Shown in pieces: positions 13,530 to 58,830 of a stretch of 64,000 nucleotides of DNA; within the stretch, counting starts at the first letter, position 1; every line of letters starts with the position of its first letter. The DNA comes from Octopus sinensis (Eukaryota): the NCBI RefSeq assembly GCF_006345805.1, contig NC_043006.1:58156001-58220000 (forward strand). Reading direction: 5' to 3'. The position numbers and the translations under genes were made by a program. The notes beneath the pieces are model-generated. The model saw nothing but the letters and a program-made list of their open reading frames with translations. It made no database searches and had not been told where the DNA came from.

Positions 13530-15225
13530 CTACTAGGTAACCAGAATCAGGATAACCCTAACCCTACACCTGCAGTGACGCCACCAAAAACACCACTTAA
13601 AGTAAAATGCATAAAATGGACTAGAGATAATTATAGAGATTTGTTGAGAGATTGCTATACAGCCCAGCTAAACCCAAACAATAGCCTCATTGTACAAACA
13701 TACATTTCATGGAGAAGCTTAATAGGCAATGAAGTATGCAGATATGTAGATGCTAATAAATTAAGTAAAGTACGTAGAAACATCATTAAGCATAAAAGGT
13801 TAGCTGGCGCTAAAATTAGCCAAATTTGGACGCAAATATCTCGTGGTAAACCAAATGAAATCAGCAACAATGCAGATGAAATAGGTGATAGATGCACAGA
13901 ACCCAGTGTACAAGCAGTACACCCCAACGAGGAAGCTTAAAAAAGAATAGCGAAGAATAGATATGCGGAAAAAGAGGAGAAAGTAGACCTGGTTCAAGAA
14001 CACCAGAAAAGATATGACACAGAATTTGAGGTGAATAATAAAGAGATCATAGAAGCAAAAGAAGATATTATGAGAGAACTCAGTAAGTACTTAAACAGCA
14101 TAAAAAAACAACACAATCATGGTATATAATGTTTCTCTTAGAAATATCTTAAGAAATAAGGGAAATGACCTAACAACCTTATATAACTTCATTTATTCCA
14201 CTGCTAAAGTTGTAACTGCTCAACAAGGTATCAGGACCACACGGAAAAGAGCCAACCATGTCACTAGGCCTCCTAAGTGGAAAGTAGCATTACAAAAAGA
14301 GATCAAATCTCTGCGGGCACATGCATCAGTTCTCGAAGAACTTGCTAGAGGAGTAAATCTTAAGAAGAAACAGGCTTGAAAAATCAAGTAAAAATATAAA
14401 ATCAGAAATTTTATAATCCTCCCTGCAACCAAGGAACTATTGAAACGGCGAATACAGCTGAAAGTCCAACGGCTTAGAAAGTATTCTAAAAGAATCAAAT
14501 TTTATCGACAAAACAAGGTATTCATGGCAGATGCAAAGAAATTTTATAGAGAAATTGGCAAAAGGAGCCCGCTAAGACTGAGGGAATGGAAGAGCTCTGG
14601 AAGAAGGCATGGAACAACGAAAAGGAATATAGTGCTGACGCTCACTGGATACAGCGTAAGAAAGTGAGTTTGGATAAAGCTGAAGATCAGAAATGGGAAA
14701 CAATAGGAATAGAAGAGCTAAGATGTGTTCTTAGAAAGTCTCACAAATAAAAAAAATTATAGGATTAGACTAGATTCCTAACTTCTGGCTCTGCATCTCT
14801 AACTGATATCATCCAGAACCTAGAGCAAATACCTGCCTGACTGATTGAAGGAACAACATACCTTCTACCCAAAACTGAAGGCACTAAAAATCACAAAACT
14901 ACCGACCAGCAACATGTCTCAACACCACCTACAATAGACCCTCACATCTATATTAAATGAAAGAATATGCTTTCCTTGAACGGAACTCTATAATTCTACA
15001 AGCTCAAAAAGGCTGTAAAAGTAATTCTAAAGGGTCCAAAGATCAATTATTTACAAATAAAATGATTGTAGAGAATTGCCAGAGCAAAAAGAACCTGAGT
15101 TTAGCTTGGATAAGCGTTTGATAGGGTCACACATAAATGGCTATTTAAGGCCCTTGATGTATATAAGATCTCTCCTCTCGTTTCCAAATTCTTACAAGGT
15201 AGCATGGCCAAATGGAATACACGTG
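13530..15225 (+). mobile_element. Degenerate RLE-type LINE, 5' part to early RT
   Basis: KWTRDNYRDLL, RPPKWK, KVQRLRKYSKRIKFYRQNKVFMADAKKFYREIGK, NFWL, YLLPK, QKGCK...KDQL remnants. Confidence 0.75.
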
Positions 15226-16559
15226 ATGTGGTCCTCCTGATGCAGGAGGACCTCTAGGGATAATCGAGGAACCACACCACCCATTCATTTACAGCTGTTT
15301 TATAATCTTGTTAGTTATATAATAGACATTATATCAACATTCGTAAAAGTTGAATCGTAATTATTGTACATGTGCCATATTTCCAAATATTACCCATGGT
15401 GTCTTCCTGTATGTGCATACTATATGTATGCATGTCTTTCTGTGTCATTTTATGTGTACTGTGTAACATGGCTCAATTGTGAGTGGATGTGAGTATGTAT
15501 TAAGTCTAACTCTATATGAGTATTGAGTGATTAATGGCTCAATGGTTAGATCATCAAACAAAATACCCCGTGTTAATGTCTAGAAATGTTTACGTTCTGT
15601 ATGTGGTTCAAGTCCCACTGCGGTCAGTTTTGCTTATCATCCTCACTGTTGATAAAGAATACACCAGAACCAATCAAGTACAGGGGTCAATTTAATGAAC
15701 TGCAAATTTGAAGCTAGACTCCCTTCCCGAGGGTAACAGCGTTGACAAGGAGTGTGTTGGCCTGTTTTGTGGTCTTTCAGCAATTGTTGGTCTTCCACAC
15801 CATTACTTTGCATTTTAAAATCTTGCATGGAACACATAATATTTAGTTCACTCCGTTATCGAATTATTTTTTTTTTTAAGCTATCATAAGTGTTTTTTTA
15901 AGAATTTAAAGCATCCATTGGAAATTCTTTGCAGTATTCCTCACCTTTGCTGAAATTGGAAAGTTTTATGAATTTAAGCTCTTCTAATTGGTCAAATATT
16001 GTGCCAATAATTTGATTATTGAGTAATATATAATGCTGTTGGAGATCAATTACTTTATTCCTGAATCTTTTAATTTCGATTGTTGCAATGATTCCACATT
16101 CCACCCCCACACCCTAAAAAAAATCATAAAATATTGAAAAAAATCACCGATCTTATTCTAGAGTACGTTTCTAGTTTTATCTATTTACTATTTACAATAC
16201 ACTATGCCATGACTTTTAGTCTGAAGGATGATAAATAAGACATCAGTGAAAGAAAATGTGTCACTAAAAACTTCTAATAAAAATAAGATATCGGGGAGCT
16301 TTTAAATTATACACGGACCCAATTGCAGAATTTATTGTGTTCTTAGCCTATTCTTCAGGTTTTTCAATAATGTCTTCAAAAATGCTGATTATGAAATTAC
16401 AATTCACTTTGTAGTAATTATAAGACATTAGGAGTAATTCCATCTAAATACTGTAGATTTGGGGATTCCATTTTTAAACTCTGTTATCTAAAGCATTAAC
16501 ACTTTTTGGATAATTTCTTAAAAGGAATGTACCCAGTCTATTTATTGTGGAAAAAATAT

Positions 16560-17290
16560 CTTGCATTCTTTTATAAAAGAGCATGCTTGTGAAACAACTA
16601 AATTTAGGACATGAGCACAACAATGAGCAAAGATCGCACATTCATACTTTTCTTTTAAGTTTGACTGCAACACATTTAATTGTTTTGCTGTTGTATCGGC
16701 ACCCTCATAGGTTTGTGCACAATTGTTTTCACACTTCTTTATTCAGATAAAGTATTTGCAGGACGGTCTGCACTAACATCGATTAAAATCGATAAATCGT
16801 TCTTTAGTAACGCAATCTTTTGTAATATAGCGCAAAACACTTGATAGTTATGAATAGCTCGATACATCGGACGCTTCACCGATAAGAATAGCTACATATT
16901 TTGCCTGCTTCAGTTCATTTTCTATTTCATTCAATATATCCTTTTGAATTGCATCGATCAAGTCGTTATGAATTCCTTTTGAAAGACTTGAGAAAATAAA
17001 AGCTGTATCTAGATGGCATGCCAATTTCTCGTCATATTTACTGGTTAAATATGAGAGCTCTTTATAATTACAACGATTATTGGATTCTTTGCATTCAAAA
17101 TGACCCAGAAATGATAATTCCTCGCGACCGAGGAAAATATCTGCATCGATCAATTGCCACAGAATGGATCTTTTTCGTCCAACTTCATTATGTTATTGTC
17201 TGCCCTGTTTTTTTCTTATACTTATCTAATTGTAAGTCTATGAGAACCTTTCCAAATGTCTTTGTGAACGTTCATGTTTTAGCATAGCCA
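16560..17290 (-). pseudogene. hAT transposase remnant (ZMYM1/DUF4371-like)
   Basis: GHFECKES.N..NYKEL...IHNDLIDAI...ELKQAKYVAILIGEASDVS resembles the hAT RGH..S.N.GNF / DE..DVS region. Confidence 0.65.
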
Positions 17291-17369
17291 TATGTAGATT
17301 ATTTATATCAGCGTAACCTTTATCACACTTCTTCCAAACTAAATAAGAAATATGGCCAACAGAATCTCA

Positions 17370-17760
17370 TATAAAATCCGTTCTGTCTGTCTGTTTGTGT
17401 GTGTGTCTTCATGGATCTCGGGCATCCTCCATCGGATTGCGCTCAAATTTGATATGTAGATACCGACGGTATCAGGGCAGCGAGCTGGCAGAAACGTTAG
17501 CACGCCGGGAGAAAAGCTTAGCGGTATTTCGTCTGCCGTTACGTTGTGAGTTCAAATTCCGCCGAGGTCGACTTTGCCTTTCATCCTTTCGGGGTCGATA
17601 AATTAAGTACCAGTTACGCACTGGGGTCGATGCAATCGACTTAATACCTATGTCTGTCCTTGTTTGTTCCCTCTATGTTTAGCCCCTTTTGGGTAATAAA
17701 GAAATAGGTATCAGGGCGTGTATAAGTCTTGAAAAAATTACAAAAATCGATTCCAGGTGA
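17370..17760 (+). mobile_element. Helitron-like non-autonomous element interrupted by a SINE
   Basis: tataaaatccgttctgtctgtctg start and atcggattgcgctcaaatttg, similar in layout to 22499-22880; split by the SINE at 17479-17706. Confidence 0.4.
17479..17706 (+). mobile_element. SINE family A (~230 bp, tRNA-like head) with 11-bp TSD
   Basis: gagctggcagaaacgttagc...gttcaaattcc (B-box-like); TSD ggtatcagggc at 17468-17478 and 17707-17717. Confidence 0.85.
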
Positions 17761-18604
17761 GAATGCGATCGATAAAGCCGTTTTTGTCCTGCTTTTCTTC
17801 CGTCAACCTATACATAACTGCACCTTCCATTTTTTTTGTTATTTTTGTACTGCTTAAAGGCACGTTTCTTTCCTGCCAACCTTACTGTTTAAACCATGTT
17901 TGTGTTCTCCCAGTCAACAGCCTTATCATTACTGGTACTTTAAATTCTTCGGTTGCATATTTGTGTGAATAAAATCCTTTTTCTTTGGAATAGAAAAATG
18001 TCTATCTTTATTTCTTCTTTTGCTGGTGTCTCAAATTTAGGTTAAATCAGTGTTTCTCAAAGGGGAGGTCTATGGGACGGTCGGACAAGTTGTTTTGAGA
18101 AAATTTGGTTTAAATGTTTGACAACTCAGCACCGTCCGTTGGACGGGGGGCGTTTTCCTCGTAACTTATATAGCAAAGCACTTCCAGTTAACCTTTCTTG
18201 TTTTTCATACAGATTCATCTGAATTCGTCGAATACATTCCTTGTTGTATCTTTGCAAATTAGATCATTTCCACGTTAGTCTAGCATCATTTATAATAAAT
18301 TATTTCCTTTCAAAGACTTCTTTTGAAAAATTAATTTTCAAAAGTTCTATAACACATATTTCAGTTATTTGGACTAATATTTCGGAAGTTAAAAAAAAAT
18401 TATAAAAGAAATATGCGCATGTGTGTGCGTGAGTGAATTAAGAATCAATTTGAATAAAACAGAAGATAATTTCATAAATCAACGAACCAACGAAAGATCT
18501 TGGCCAAAAGGGAGAAATTCCAGCTTACGAAGGACATTAAAAAAAAAGGCAGAATTCTGCTTTGAGTACACTATATATCATCTCATAATTTCTTTTAGTT
18601 GGGA

Positions 18605-19398
18605 TGGGAAATTTTCAGAAAATTTTTGCTAACTTGTGTTCTACACACGGGAAGCAAAACATGTCAGAGTGACAAAGAAACGAGGAAGGTATGGGGTAGT
18701 CGTAGGATGTGCAAAAAATATTTAATTTTTAATTTTTTAACCCTCTAAATTCTAAAAATTCCCATTCTTTTTCGAATTTTTCCTTTTAACAAGAGTTTAA
18801 GATACGGACAATCCAATACTGTCGTTTGTTTCTTATAATTTCAACAATAATATTTGAAATCTTTTGAAATCCAGATTCAAGAAGTTAGAAATATTCGCGC
18901 ATAAGCACGGCCGGTTATGGATTTTGGATCGAAGCACACCATAACCGGTCATAACTTTTTTACTTTTTGATATGTTCAGAAATTTTTTTTGCGAATTTGT
19001 TTTACACACTGGACCTCGCACGATTATGACAAAATTTTTCTTTAGATTAAAAAAGGCATGTGAAAGATTATTTATTGCAATCGCATACTTTGCTGTTAGA
19101 CACACTCGCTTAGTGGGAGAGGGGTGAATCTAAAATTACAAATTCTCTTGTTTTGCTTAAAACAGAAGAATTTTGTTTTAAGCAAAATTCTTAAAATTGA
19201 GCGCATCCTCGTTCTATTAAATATGTTTATGGGGAGAAAATATTGAAAAGCAGGTGCTACTTTAGCGTGTCATTTAAAAGGAAATTAATTTTGGTAACTT
19301 TTTTGTTTACTTTTCAATTTTTAAAACCCTTAAGATGTTGGATGCCAAGCGTGTGCGATCTACGTGCTTATTGTAATTATCATATTGTTTATTCTTGG

Positions 19399-19461
<63 letters not shown>

Positions 19462-20020
19462 GAAACATGGTTTTATTATTATTTAAAAATGTAAGAATTT
19501 TGAAAAAATACATTTATAAGGCTAAGTACAAAAGAATTTATTGGAAAATTTGAATAGCTATATGATAATAAAGATGAAATAGAAATTTGAATAATTTTAT
19601 TGATGAATTGAGCAAGCATCTACCAGAAAGCCAAGAGAAATTGAAAAGTAAACTTAAAAGTAATCGCCCTTTAAGTTGTAGATCACACGCCAAAGTAGCA
19701 TCGAAAGACATTAATACGTGTTAGAGTGACAATGAAACGAGGAAGGGATCGGGTAGTTGTGGAATGTGCTAGAACAACAGCTAAATCTCCCTTAAATCAC
19801 CTTTTCCACTGAAAATCATTTTGAAACCATAAAGAGAAACAAATGGTTAATTTAGACTGTCCGTATTTTGAAACCATGACTTAAAAAAGGAATCAAGTGG
19901 GGAATTTTTAGAATTTAGAAGGGGAGGATTAAAAAATTAAAAATCAGAACTTTTGTGTAATCGTATGTATTCTTGAATGTAGAGCACACATTCGCAAAAA
20001 TTTTCTCAAAATTCCCAAGG
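18605..20020. mobile_element. Degenerate element with long imperfect terminal inverted repeats
   Basis: 18720-18830 is approximately the reverse complement of 19835-19945, and 18605-18645 of 19975-20020. Confidence 0.4.
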
Positions 20021-20229
20021 ACCAAAAAAGTATGAGGGGTTATATGGGGTGTTTAAATCAGAATTCAGCCTCCAAAAGTCTAGCAATATAATGATGAACA
20101 TCAAATATCAAAAAGAAAATGATTTCGTTCCGTTGGCGAAAATTGGGTCCAGTAATCTGATTGACAGAACTGATCTAACTAACAAGAGTTCTGAAAGGGC
20201 TGAAATTGCTTCTCTTTTTAGACTTAGTA

Positions 20230-20560
20230 CTTTTTGACTGAGGTCAAACGGTCAAATCCATTCAACCAATCATCTGGTCAGTGTCTAGCTACACCAGTTT
20301 CAAAGAACCGACAGAATATAGAAAGAGGTATTGACACTGAGTGAGGGAGAGAGAGGTGGGGAGAGAGAAGCTTGGAGTTCTGGAACCATAATTTGAGCAT
20401 CTTGAATCTCATACCAAACCATTCAACACCTGCCGATCGAATCTCTTACAATTGATTTCAAAATCTGCATCATTACTATCACTGAGTTCTTCATCATGAT
20501 CTGCATCTTCGATGGAGGAGTGTTGAAGGAAAAGTGACACTGGTATTTGAGCTGAAACAG
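20230..20560 (-). pseudogene. Unclassified DNA-transposon ORF remnant
   Basis: Minus strand RFDRQVLNGLV.D...SEL.AS resembles the ELNDLVRDL.LSK..SELLASRL motif of an invertebrate transposon family. Confidence 0.35.
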
Positions 20561-21639
20561 GCATTGAATGTATAGCTGATGGTTGACTAGGACACTCGAT
20601 TTGACATGTTTTTCTTGTTATATCCTCGAGTTTATGACTATGTATGGATATGCACCCTAAAAGGAATATACATACATATACATTCACACAAATACATCAC
20701 ACATACATATGCTTTCACACAAATACTCAATAAGAATAAAGTACAGGGTAGAACCTTAGGCCTAAGATCCCAGTTCACTCACTTGCCATCTCTCTTCCAC
20801 AGCATAAATCTGTTCTCTGACCTCCTCAGTTTGAATCTTCCTCACTACTCTACTTGTCACTGTCATATTTTGGGCCACATTCATGTAATTTCATTCGTCT
20901 TAGCACCAAGAAGCTTTCAGTCTCCATCTTGGAACGGCAGGCTGACTCTTAAGGACCTAAGACCTGTTGAGGCATCTGATTGTTCAATAACCGTTACTTT
21001 TTGGAGGGAAACTTGAAACTCAGTATAAAGTCACTGGATCTAAAACAATTCTCACTCCTTATCAATAAAATAATAAAAGCAATCAGCTGGTTTATCCTAA
21101 TACTTACAGACAAACGATTTAATTGTCCTTATTCAAAGAGTAAGCAATAGGAACCAAAACTTGGTGTGATAGATGAAAACATGTTTAAATCAAGCAAAAA
21201 AATTGAACTCAACAGAAATTATGTTCAAAATTATTTTCCCCGGTATTATTATTGGTACATATGTAAATTTGTAATCTGGATATAGAAGCTAGAAGTTTTG
21301 AAGCAGTTGTCCATAGTTATCCTCTTGGATGTATGTATATATGTATGTATGTATTATGTATGTACGTACTTTTCTTTCCAGTTTTCCTTAAGTTCTTCTA
21401 ATGAGAGTTAAAGTCAGTCGCTAACAAAACGCGACAAAACTTTTTGAGTTCAGAGAAGTCCCGGTGTTTGTAAATAAGTGGTTAAGCTGGTGTGTTTGTT
21501 GAGGTGTCGATGCACACATACAAATGACCTTTACAACAGTACTTGACTTTTATTCCTTTTCCCACAGAGCAAATCAAGTCTGTTGTTTGCACCGAATTGC
21601 TGATTTTTTGTGTTTTTTGTTTTGTTTTTTTGGGGTATT

Positions 21640-21870
21640 CCACCAGTATTCTCTCCTCTTACATAGATCCTATCGATGTGGATGTGGAAGTTGCCAGTGG
21701 TGGTCAGAACCTATCTAGTTTTGATGTCCAGGTAGCGGATCTTGTCAAGTGTCCCGTCCAATATCCCAAATGTTGGTGCTAGCACTGGTAGTGCAAAAGA
21801 TTTGTGAGATACGGTCTTGTTAAATGCAGACAGCTCTGAGTTCCATATTTTCCATATTTTCCGGAAGTAC
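21640..21870 (-). mobile_element. RLE-type LINE fragment (post-RT region)
   Basis: RKIWNSELSAFNKTVSHKSFALPVL..FGIL...DIKTR..LT..GNFH...DRIY. Confidence 0.65.
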
Positions 21871-22498
21871 TATTTTGTTATTCTAGTTAATAAATCTGTA
21901 TGCATGTATTCTGACTTATACATGTGTGTGTGTATGTATGTATGTATGTATGTATGTATGTATGTATGTATGTATGTATGTATGTATATATGTATGTTTG
22001 TATGTATGTATGTATGTATGTATGTATGTATGTATGTATGTATGTATGTATGTATGTGTGCTTGTATGCACATACATACACCGAGGGTGGGTGGTAAAAA
22101 AAATCTCAGATTTAATCTTACTCATTCGTAAAATGAGTCCCCCTTAATTTTGCTCAGATTGTTTTATTATAGCCCGATTTTCAGATTTTTTTACTTTCTT
22201 TTAATAAATGCATATTTTGCGAATGAAAAAACTAGATCCAAAATCTCCCTGTTTCATTCTTCTTGATAAATATTTCATTAGCAAACACACAGTGTGTACC
22301 GGTCCAAACCATGATGGGAACTGAAAAAAAAAAATTTTGATAAAAAATAAAAGCATTAGTGATATGAAGACACCTTTAATACCCTCTTAACTTCACTAGT
22401 GACGCACTAATGACCGTGTGAAGTATGGGAGTTTTTGTGTTTTTATTTTTTCTTCTTTTTTTTCTTCTGTTGCACCCTGAATTTAATTGTCCTTTAAA

Positions 22499-22880
22499 TC
22501 TCTCTCTATATAAACGGCAGTTTGTCTGTGCGTGTTTCTGTGTGTCTGTTTGCTTGTACCCTCACCCTGACCACGGCTTTCAACCGATTCTGATGAAACT
22601 TGACACACACATAGCCCAATGTCATAATTCAAAACTAACGCAGCGAAAATTTTGAAAAGTTCCCCCAGTTCTGAAAAAAATCGATAAATTCGACATGGGG
22701 TCGAGAATCAGAAACACAAACCGCAAACTGTCTAGGGGACGCAACTCCACCTTTTTTAACTAAAAAAAAATTTACCATAATTTTTTTCCATCTTTTGGCT
22801 ATTTTTTGGCTATAACTCTCTAAAAATGCTTTATAGTTATTTCCCTTACAAACCTGAGCAACGCCGGGCGATACTGCTAG
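22499..22880 (+). mobile_element. Non-autonomous Helitron-like element upstream of the aquaporin
   Basis: 5' TC end, (gtct) microsatellite, 3' hairpin cctgagcaacgccggg then CTAG, inserted between A and T. Confidence 0.75.
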
Positions 22881-23103
22881 TATTTGATAAACGTACAAAC
22901 TGTTACCATCTCAAGACAATCGACTTGGATTTTCCAGCACAAAGTATTATGTATGACATGGAAACAATAACGGCATTATCTTTTCAAATGCTTTTCATTC
23001 GTTTTGTTTGTCGGTCTGGTCAACAACCCGGTCGGGTGACTTGACTATTTACCGCCATAATCTACCTGACTCATATTCCAATTGTTGTAGTATCTTAGAA
23101 GGC

Positions 23104-23111
23104 TATAAAAG
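23104..23111 (+). promoter_or_regulatory. Putative TATA box of the aquaporin
   Basis: TATAAAAG 33 nt upstream of the ATG; implies a very short 5' UTR; not verified. Confidence 0.4.
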
Positions 23112-23143
23112 ATTCATCGTAACTTTCTCCTTCTGCCGTCAAA

Positions 23144-54895
<31,752 letters not shown>

Positions 54896-55089
54896 AATAA
54901 TTCTGTATATCTACCCACTTGACCTTTCGTATGCAGTCTTCACCTAAAGTCCCAGGCCAAAATCAAGGCCGTGTGAGTGGATTTTCTAGACAAACACTGA
55001 ACAAGTCCAATGTGTGTACGCATGTGTGCGTGTATGCGTGTATGTGTGTGTGTGTGTGTGTGGTGTGTGTGTGTGTGTGTGTGTGTGTA

Positions 55090-55880
55090 TTTCTTTCTTT
55101 TTCTTATTTAGATTAAGCTTTGACCAACCACCGGCTTGGTAGCGAAGTTGTGAAGGAAAGCTTGTTTTGTTCATCAACCTTTAAATCTTCAGGTGTTGCA
55201 GATTATTATGGTCCCAGATATCGCGATCATTTGCAATGTTAAGGATTTGCATTCTCTCCTCAAGAACCCAACCAAGTTCGGCCTTACTTTACTACAAGCA
55301 GGTTGGTACGAGTCCTGTTTCTCCAATAACAATAGTTACAAAGCTGAAAGTGTATCTTGCGTACTGGATTTGCCAACTCTTTATTAATGGTCCATAGATG
55401 TCCTCTTTCTCTTGTATTTTTCTAAACACATTTGTGTCCAGAGCACAGCTGATTTCCACAACAGAACATATTTTTTCATTGTGAACCCACACAATAACAT
55501 CTGTCCGGTTGTGTTTTAATTTGGTAGCTGTTTCAGTTTTTAAGTTCCACCAATATTCTTTTGATCCATCGGTCTCAATATAGTCAACTTCGTCTGTAGG
55601 TGTTTTATCTTTTTATTTTCTTGTTCCAGATTGTTCTGGCCACTACATCATGTCCCATGGGAAGGGAATATCTGAAAGACATTCTCTTACAGTTGGCAAT
55701 AATGTGGTTGATGTCTTAAGTATTGGTCTTGTACAGCGGGTATCAGTTGTCTATCAACGTTTTCTTCTTTTTAGACTGTAGGTATTTGGTGAGATCTTTT
55801 GTTCTTGAATTGCATGGAGGTAATCTTCGAAGTGGGATTCCATAAACTTGTCGGTACGCCATGATTTTAACATGATCAAT
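55090..55880 (-). mobile_element. RLE-type LINE 3' fragment (second family) ending at (CA)n
   Basis: LKHNRTDVIVWVHNEKICSVVEISCALD...KEDIYGPL...IVIGETG. Confidence 0.7.
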
Positions 55881-55887
55881 CCCTTCT

Positions 55888-56305
55888 ATACTCTTTACTC
55901 TCTTTTACTCTTTTACTTGTTTCAGTCACTTGACTGCTGCCATGTTGGAGCACCGCCTTTAGTCGAGCAAATCGACCCCGGGACTTATTTTTTGTAAGCC
56001 TAGTACTTATTCTATCGGTCTCTTTTGCCGAACCGCTAAGTTACGGGGACATAAACATACAAGCATCGGTTGTCAAGCAATGCTAGGGGAACAAACGCAG
56101 ACACACAAATATACACACACACACATATATATACATATATACGACGGGCTTCTTTCAGTTTCCGTCTACCAAATCCACTCATAAGGCTTTGGTCGGCCCG
56201 AGGCTATAGTAAAGGACACTTGTCCAAGGTGACACGCAGTCGGACTGAACCCGGAACCATGTGGTTGGTAAGCAAGCTACTTACCACACAGCCACTCCTG
56301 TGCCT
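55888..56305 (-). mobile_element. SINE family B (reverse)
   Basis: Full reverse-complement copy. Confidence 0.8.
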
Positions 56306-56434
56306 GCAATAATAATAATAATTTGAACTCAGAACATGAAGACAGACAAAATACCAGTAAGCATTTCGCCCGGCGTACTAACGATTCTGCCTGTGTTTTT
56401 CATATCAAGTACCAGTGAATTGATTCATTCTTTA

Positions 56435-56989
56435 TATTGGGTTGTCCGGAAAGTTCGTGCCGATTTTTAATGGAAAGAAAAAAGTCAATAAATACTTGCC
56501 ACTACATTTTTAATCAACCACATATAAACTATTTTGTTGCACAATGCGTCTCCATCTTTCCTTTAACTTGAAAATACCCTCTTCCCAGAATCGAGGTGGT
56601 TTCATGGCAAAGAATTCATCAAGGTATCTTTTTACGTCATCCAAGGAATTGAAATTTTTACCATTAAGACTATTCTACAGAGACCTGAATAAGTGGAAAT
56701 CTGAAGGAGCAATATCTGGTGAATATGGAGGGTGGGGTAACACATCCCAGCCGAACTGCAGCAATTTTTGTCTGGTTCCCAAAGCATCAAGTGCGGAAAA
56801 TGAACTTTATCTTCCATTTTAAAGGGTTACAGAATTAACACAGGTTATCGGAACATAAACCTTCTTCCACGAAAAGATGGCTTAAGCTGTTCTCTAAATG
56901 AAAGTGTAGTCAAATCCTATTTCATGTTCTAAAATAAGTCGAAAGGTAAGCTACTATAAATCGGCACGAACTTTCCGGACAACCCAATA
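56435..56989 (-). mobile_element. Internally deleted mariner (DD34D) element
   Basis: Perfect ~30-bp TIR ttgggttgtccggaaagttcgtgccgattt with TA TSD; VLPHPPYSPDIAPSDFHLFRSL...FWEEGIFKLKERW. Confidence 0.9.
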
Positions 56990-57079
56990 GTTTGTTTCTC
57001 TGATAGATTTTACCAATGCTTGTTGGGAGAGCTCTGTATCAATTCATATTTCATACCTCTCCTGAAGTTCATTATCCTA

Positions 57080-57345
57080 ATTATGTTGTTGATTTCGTAG
57101 TCACACATTTGATCTCTTTCCCCTGCTGTAGATATTGTTTCAGTACCGGAATACGTGTTTCATAAAACACCACTACAGATTTAAGACCACAACCACCATC
57201 TTTGCATGAGCAGTATAGCCTGTCTACATCTCTGAATTCATCAGTTGTTGCCCATACAGAACTCAAGTGGCCCTTAGCATGAGCTTTTGTACGGGTGTAC
57301 AACATTGAAACTGTTGTAAACTGGACGTGGGATCTTTGACAAATA
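57080..57345 (-). mobile_element. RLE-type LINE fragment (post-RT)
   Basis: DVDRLYCSCKDGGCGLKSV...YETRI..LKQYL. Confidence 0.6.
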
Positions 57346-57453
57346 ATTTTATTGAGCGTTTTCCGTTTATATGTTGTGGATTTATATTTTAGTTTTTCTG
57401 CTGTTTCGTCTGACAAACGAAAGTATGGAAAAGTAAATGTGAAAATGAATATA

Positions 57454-57489
<36 letters not shown>

Positions 57490-57552
57490 AAATTGAGAAA
57501 TTTTTTTGCCTTTTCACTAAATTTTTCCCTTTCGTATACACTTAACTCTTAG

Positions 57553-57704
57553 TTTACCTAGTATTAAAAGAGATCAGTTAGCTACTACAAACAGAGAGGA
57601 GGAGGAGTGTATAATTGAGAGACGGAGCATTGCTAAATAATGATTTCTTTCATTGCCAAAAAAAGTCACAAATTAAAATAAGATAAAATCAACTCCCCAA
57701 TAAA
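57553..57704 (+). other. Candidate terminal exon of the aquaporin
   Basis: Pyrimidine-rich tract ending ctcttag at 57552, short open frames, AATAAA at 57699-57704; reading frame and usage unresolved. Confidence 0.25.
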
Positions 57705-58327
57705 TTACTGGTTCTCATTTTATTAATTGGCCATTTAAGATTTGATGCTCAATTAAATTGTGGTTTGATTTTCATTCAAAGAACGGAACTACAGAGATTG
57801 TGATATTTAACCTTGGTAGCCGATAATTTCTGTCAAACGACCACTCACAACATGGCTGATCAAAGTAACGTATTATTATTCTTGTCACTTACGTCGTTTC
57901 TATTTACTCAAGGGATTGATAAATTTCTTATATCGTCGACCGCCTCACGGTTCATTAATAATTCAGCGCCCTTAATGCAAAAGATCATTCAGGTGTTTAT
58001 CGACCACTTGTAGATAGCCACGAAGATTCCCAGATGTCCATATTGACCCTCTTAGCCGATCTCTAGTTTACTCGACGTTCAACTCTAAACAATAATACTA
58101 TCTATGATTGCAGCTGTTTCACAGGTGACCATCTGCATTTTGTATGTCTAGGACACGCGTGGGCAGCAAATCTTTCCGAGAAGTAGGCTGCATGGGACAT
58201 GACCCATTTGGCGGAAACAATTCAAAATAACTTTCCGTTGGTGTGCCATTCAAAAAGTCTCGCTGACCGCAACTTGCTCATTATTAGTCTAGGACATTGT
58301 GTAATGCAGGTGTTTGTGTGTGTGTGC

Positions 58328-58369
<42 letters not shown>

Positions 58370-58528
58370 TGTGTGTGCGTGTGTGTGTGTGTGTGTGTGC
58401 GTGTATGTGCGTGTGTGTGAGTGTTTTCAGATGTGTGATCTAGGCAGGATTTCGCAGCTATATCTAGAAGTCTAGTGATCGCTTAGAGAAGCAATTCGCA
58501 ACCATTTTTTTACCAATGGATCCCTTTG

Positions 58529-58830
58529 TGGAGGCACATGGCCTAGTGGTTAGAGCAGCGGACACGGGGTCGAAGGATCGCGGGTTCAAATCTCAGACCG
58601 GGCTATGTGTGTGTTTATGAGCGAAAACACCTAAGCTTCACGCGGCTCCGGCAGAAGGTAATGGCGAACTTCTGCTGACTCTTTCGCCACAACTTTCTCT
58701 CACTCTTTCCTCCTGCATCTTGCAGCTCACCTGCGACGGACCGGCGTCCTGTCCAGGTGGGGAACCTATACGCCAAGGAAACCGGGAAACCGGCCCTTAT
58801 GAGCCAGGCATGGCTCGTGAAGGAACAAAA
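58529..58830 (+). mobile_element. tRNA-derived SINE
   Basis: Head gtggaggcacatggcctagtggttag...gggttcaaatc (A/B boxes), body cctgcgacggaccggcgtcctgtccagg, A-rich tail. Confidence 0.65.

Noticed and set aside
16214-16269. Hammerhead-like motif (TTTTAGT/ACTAAAA stem I, CTGAAGG, GAAA, GTC)
   Set aside because: Core and stem III are disrupted; at best a decayed remnant.
58529-58605. Possible tRNA gene
   Set aside because: The tRNA-like head continues into a SINE body and A-rich tail; I could not fold a complete cloverleaf.
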